A stretch of 64,000 nucleotides of DNA, taken from positions 33,477-97,476 of the forward strand of contig NW_003314359.1 of NCBI RefSeq assembly GCF_000143415.4. Reading direction: 5' to 3'. Below, one piece after another: positions 62,009 through 64,000 of the stretch; position 1 is the first letter of the stretch; every line of letters begins with the position of its first letter. Position numbers and translations under genes: made by a program. The notes beneath the pieces were generated by a model. That model was not told the DNA's origin, made no database searches, and was given only the letters and a program-made list of their open reading frames with translations. The DNA is from Selaginella moellendorffii. Taxonomy: Eukaryota; Plantae; Lycopodiophyta.

Positions 62009-64000
62009 AGTACTTACCTAGCAAATGCTGGGTGGTTTACAAAGAGGTTTAATATAAAACCTCTTTATAAATAATGTTGATTGTAAAAACAAAAGGATCT
62101 TGAGGAAGGAGGTGGCTTTGGCGTGTGGTGTTTTGAACTTTAATTCCAAGTCCATGTGGTGATGTGCCTCTTGATAAAGCCACATAAAGTTGCCCATGAG
62201 TGAAAACTGAGTGGGGCAAATAAACTCCAACTCGGTCAAATGTTTGTCCTTGGCATTTGGAGATTGTTAAACAGTAACCCAAACAAATTGGAAATTGTTA
62301 TCTAGACATTTTGAAGGGAATTTTTGTATTTGATGGTATTAGTGTGATATATGGGATAAAAACTCTTGTCCCTTTAAATTACCCCACCACAATTTCACAA
62401 TCTAAAACATTTGGTAGTACATTTTTTAGGATGAGATGTGTGCCGTTGCATAGTCTTGTTGATGGAGACATATTTCTTAGAAGGATAAAAATAGCACTTT
62501 GTTTGAGAGAGAGTTTATGTGATGGGAGAATAGAAAGTGTAATAGAATTTAGGAATTCTATAGGAAAATTTTTAGGATGTTCAATATCAACAAAATCAAT
62601 GTTTTTGTAGATATATGTATCACCTTGTAATCTAGAGACAATAGTGTTGTTGATTGCAAATGTATCATTGTTAAGTGGGGTAAGTATGACTCGATTGGCT
62701 ACAATATAAGGGTTTGAAAGATCAAGTACCGAAGGGTAGACAAAATCAATAATAAATGAATAAATTAGTTGTGTATGAGGTAATAAAATAGAGTTAGAAG
62801 GTAAAGATGGTAAATTTTGAAAATTTTCATGATTTTTGACATTGAAAAGCCATTCAGCCCATGATTTATCACTTTTAGCAAGTTGCATATTTGTTTTCAA
62901 AGATAACTTTCTAAATAATTTCCATAATTTATTCATTCTTACAAAACTTGAAACAATTTGTGCCTTATGTTCATGTGGAATGACTGGAAGTGTCCATCTA
63001 AAGTCCCTACTAGTGACAACAATTATGCCACCAAAAGGTAATAATGTATTTTTTAGTTCTCGCAACACTCAATCAACAGTAGTGAATGCATGAATGTGAA
63101 TCATACTTATTTCATCCCATAAAAATACGTTAGTAGTTTTGATTCTTATATCTACTTTACTATTAGTAATTATAGTAGAAGTTGATGTTTCATTTATTGG
63201 GACAGAAAGTTTAAAAGTAGTATGTTAAGTTTGGCCATTATAGAATAAAGTACTTGCAATTCCTGTCCAAGCCATGCTAATAACGTTTATTTTCTTCAGT
63301 TGTAAAATATTTATAAGAGTGTTAAGAAGAAATGTTTTCCCAGTACCACTAGGGCCATCAATGAAAATCTATTGATTATGCTCAATTGGGTGATCAATAA
63401 CATTAATAATATCATCAAAAATATTTAACTGTTCTTGATTAAATCAAGGAATATTTTGTTCAACATTTTGATATATTTGTGTTGAGTTGACAATATTTTC
63501 ATCATCAAAATTTTCAGACGGCAAAGATAGATGGTAGTTTTGATTAGTTTTGCTATGCATTTTCATTTTAATATTTATATCATGTAAAGCATATTCATAA
63601 TGAAAAATTAAATTTGTTTGCATGAAATCCTTAGAGAGGAAGTCTTTAAATTTATCCCATAAAAAGTAAGGATCTTTTGGAGTGCAAAAGATACAAAGTA
63701 ATATAAATAATTATCTTAATTGTGATACTATTTTAAAAGAGAAAGCATCTTTTAAACATTTTTCCCATTCGGTATCATTAGCTATAAGCCCCATTGCATC
63801 TACAATTTGTTGAAATGTGTCATAATAAATATTGTTAACTGTCTTGAGATCTTTAAAATACATAGCATCTTTATTATGGAGTAAAATAAGACATAAATGA
63901 TATAGTTCAACATTAAATGGTGACACAAAATACATTCGGGGAATAACATTTCTTATATGTCAAATTTGGCAATTATGAGTATAAGGGTTAAATATATAAT
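62007..64000 (-). mobile_element. 3' part of an autonomous-type Helitron (runs off the window)
   Basis: PIF1 helicase pseudogene followed by hairpin CCCAGCATTTGCTAGG and a degenerate CTTG|T end at a (TA)n tract. Confidence 0.85.
62049..64000 (-). pseudogene. Helitron RepHel, PIF1-like helicase portion
   Basis: FIDGPSGTGKTFL, WDEISM, PFGGIIVV..DF..LPV, RLCNGT, LTISKCQGQT, VFTHGQLYVALSR; stops and frameshifts. Confidence 0.93.

Overview
Gene-free, deeply nested transposable-element region of a land plant; a fern is the most likely source (inference from a 5S-bearing Cassandra TRIM and the element types). No host genes were recognised. It contains several Ty3/gypsy elements (one very young, LTRs 232/233 identical), two copies of a decayed Ty1/copia-derived family, two TRIM types, Helitrons and TA microsatellites. 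The central feature is a pair of nested giant DNA transposons. An outer ~22.8 kb Mutator-like element (17597-40402) has a 13.7 kb Sola-like DDD element (23597-37297, perfect 22-bp TIRs) inserted into its cargo gene. Their transposases are unrelated, yet each element carries a divergently transcribed, intron-containing cargo gene with a ParB/Srx-like N-terminal domain. In the outer element this is followed by a bacterial-type beta-class DNA amino-methyltransferase domain. In the inner element it is followed by a possible degenerate methyltransferase and an FCP1-like HAD phosphatase. Each element also carries its own palindrome with a 6-bp spacer: ATGGCRTG-N6-CAYGCCAT (>=25 copies, including inside introns) in the inner element and GTYRGTTC-N6-GAACYRAC in the outer. 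This suggests a transposon-encoded, parS-like self-recognition/epigenetic module. All domain calls are by-eye motif recognition, and both cargo genes are pseudogenised in this copy.
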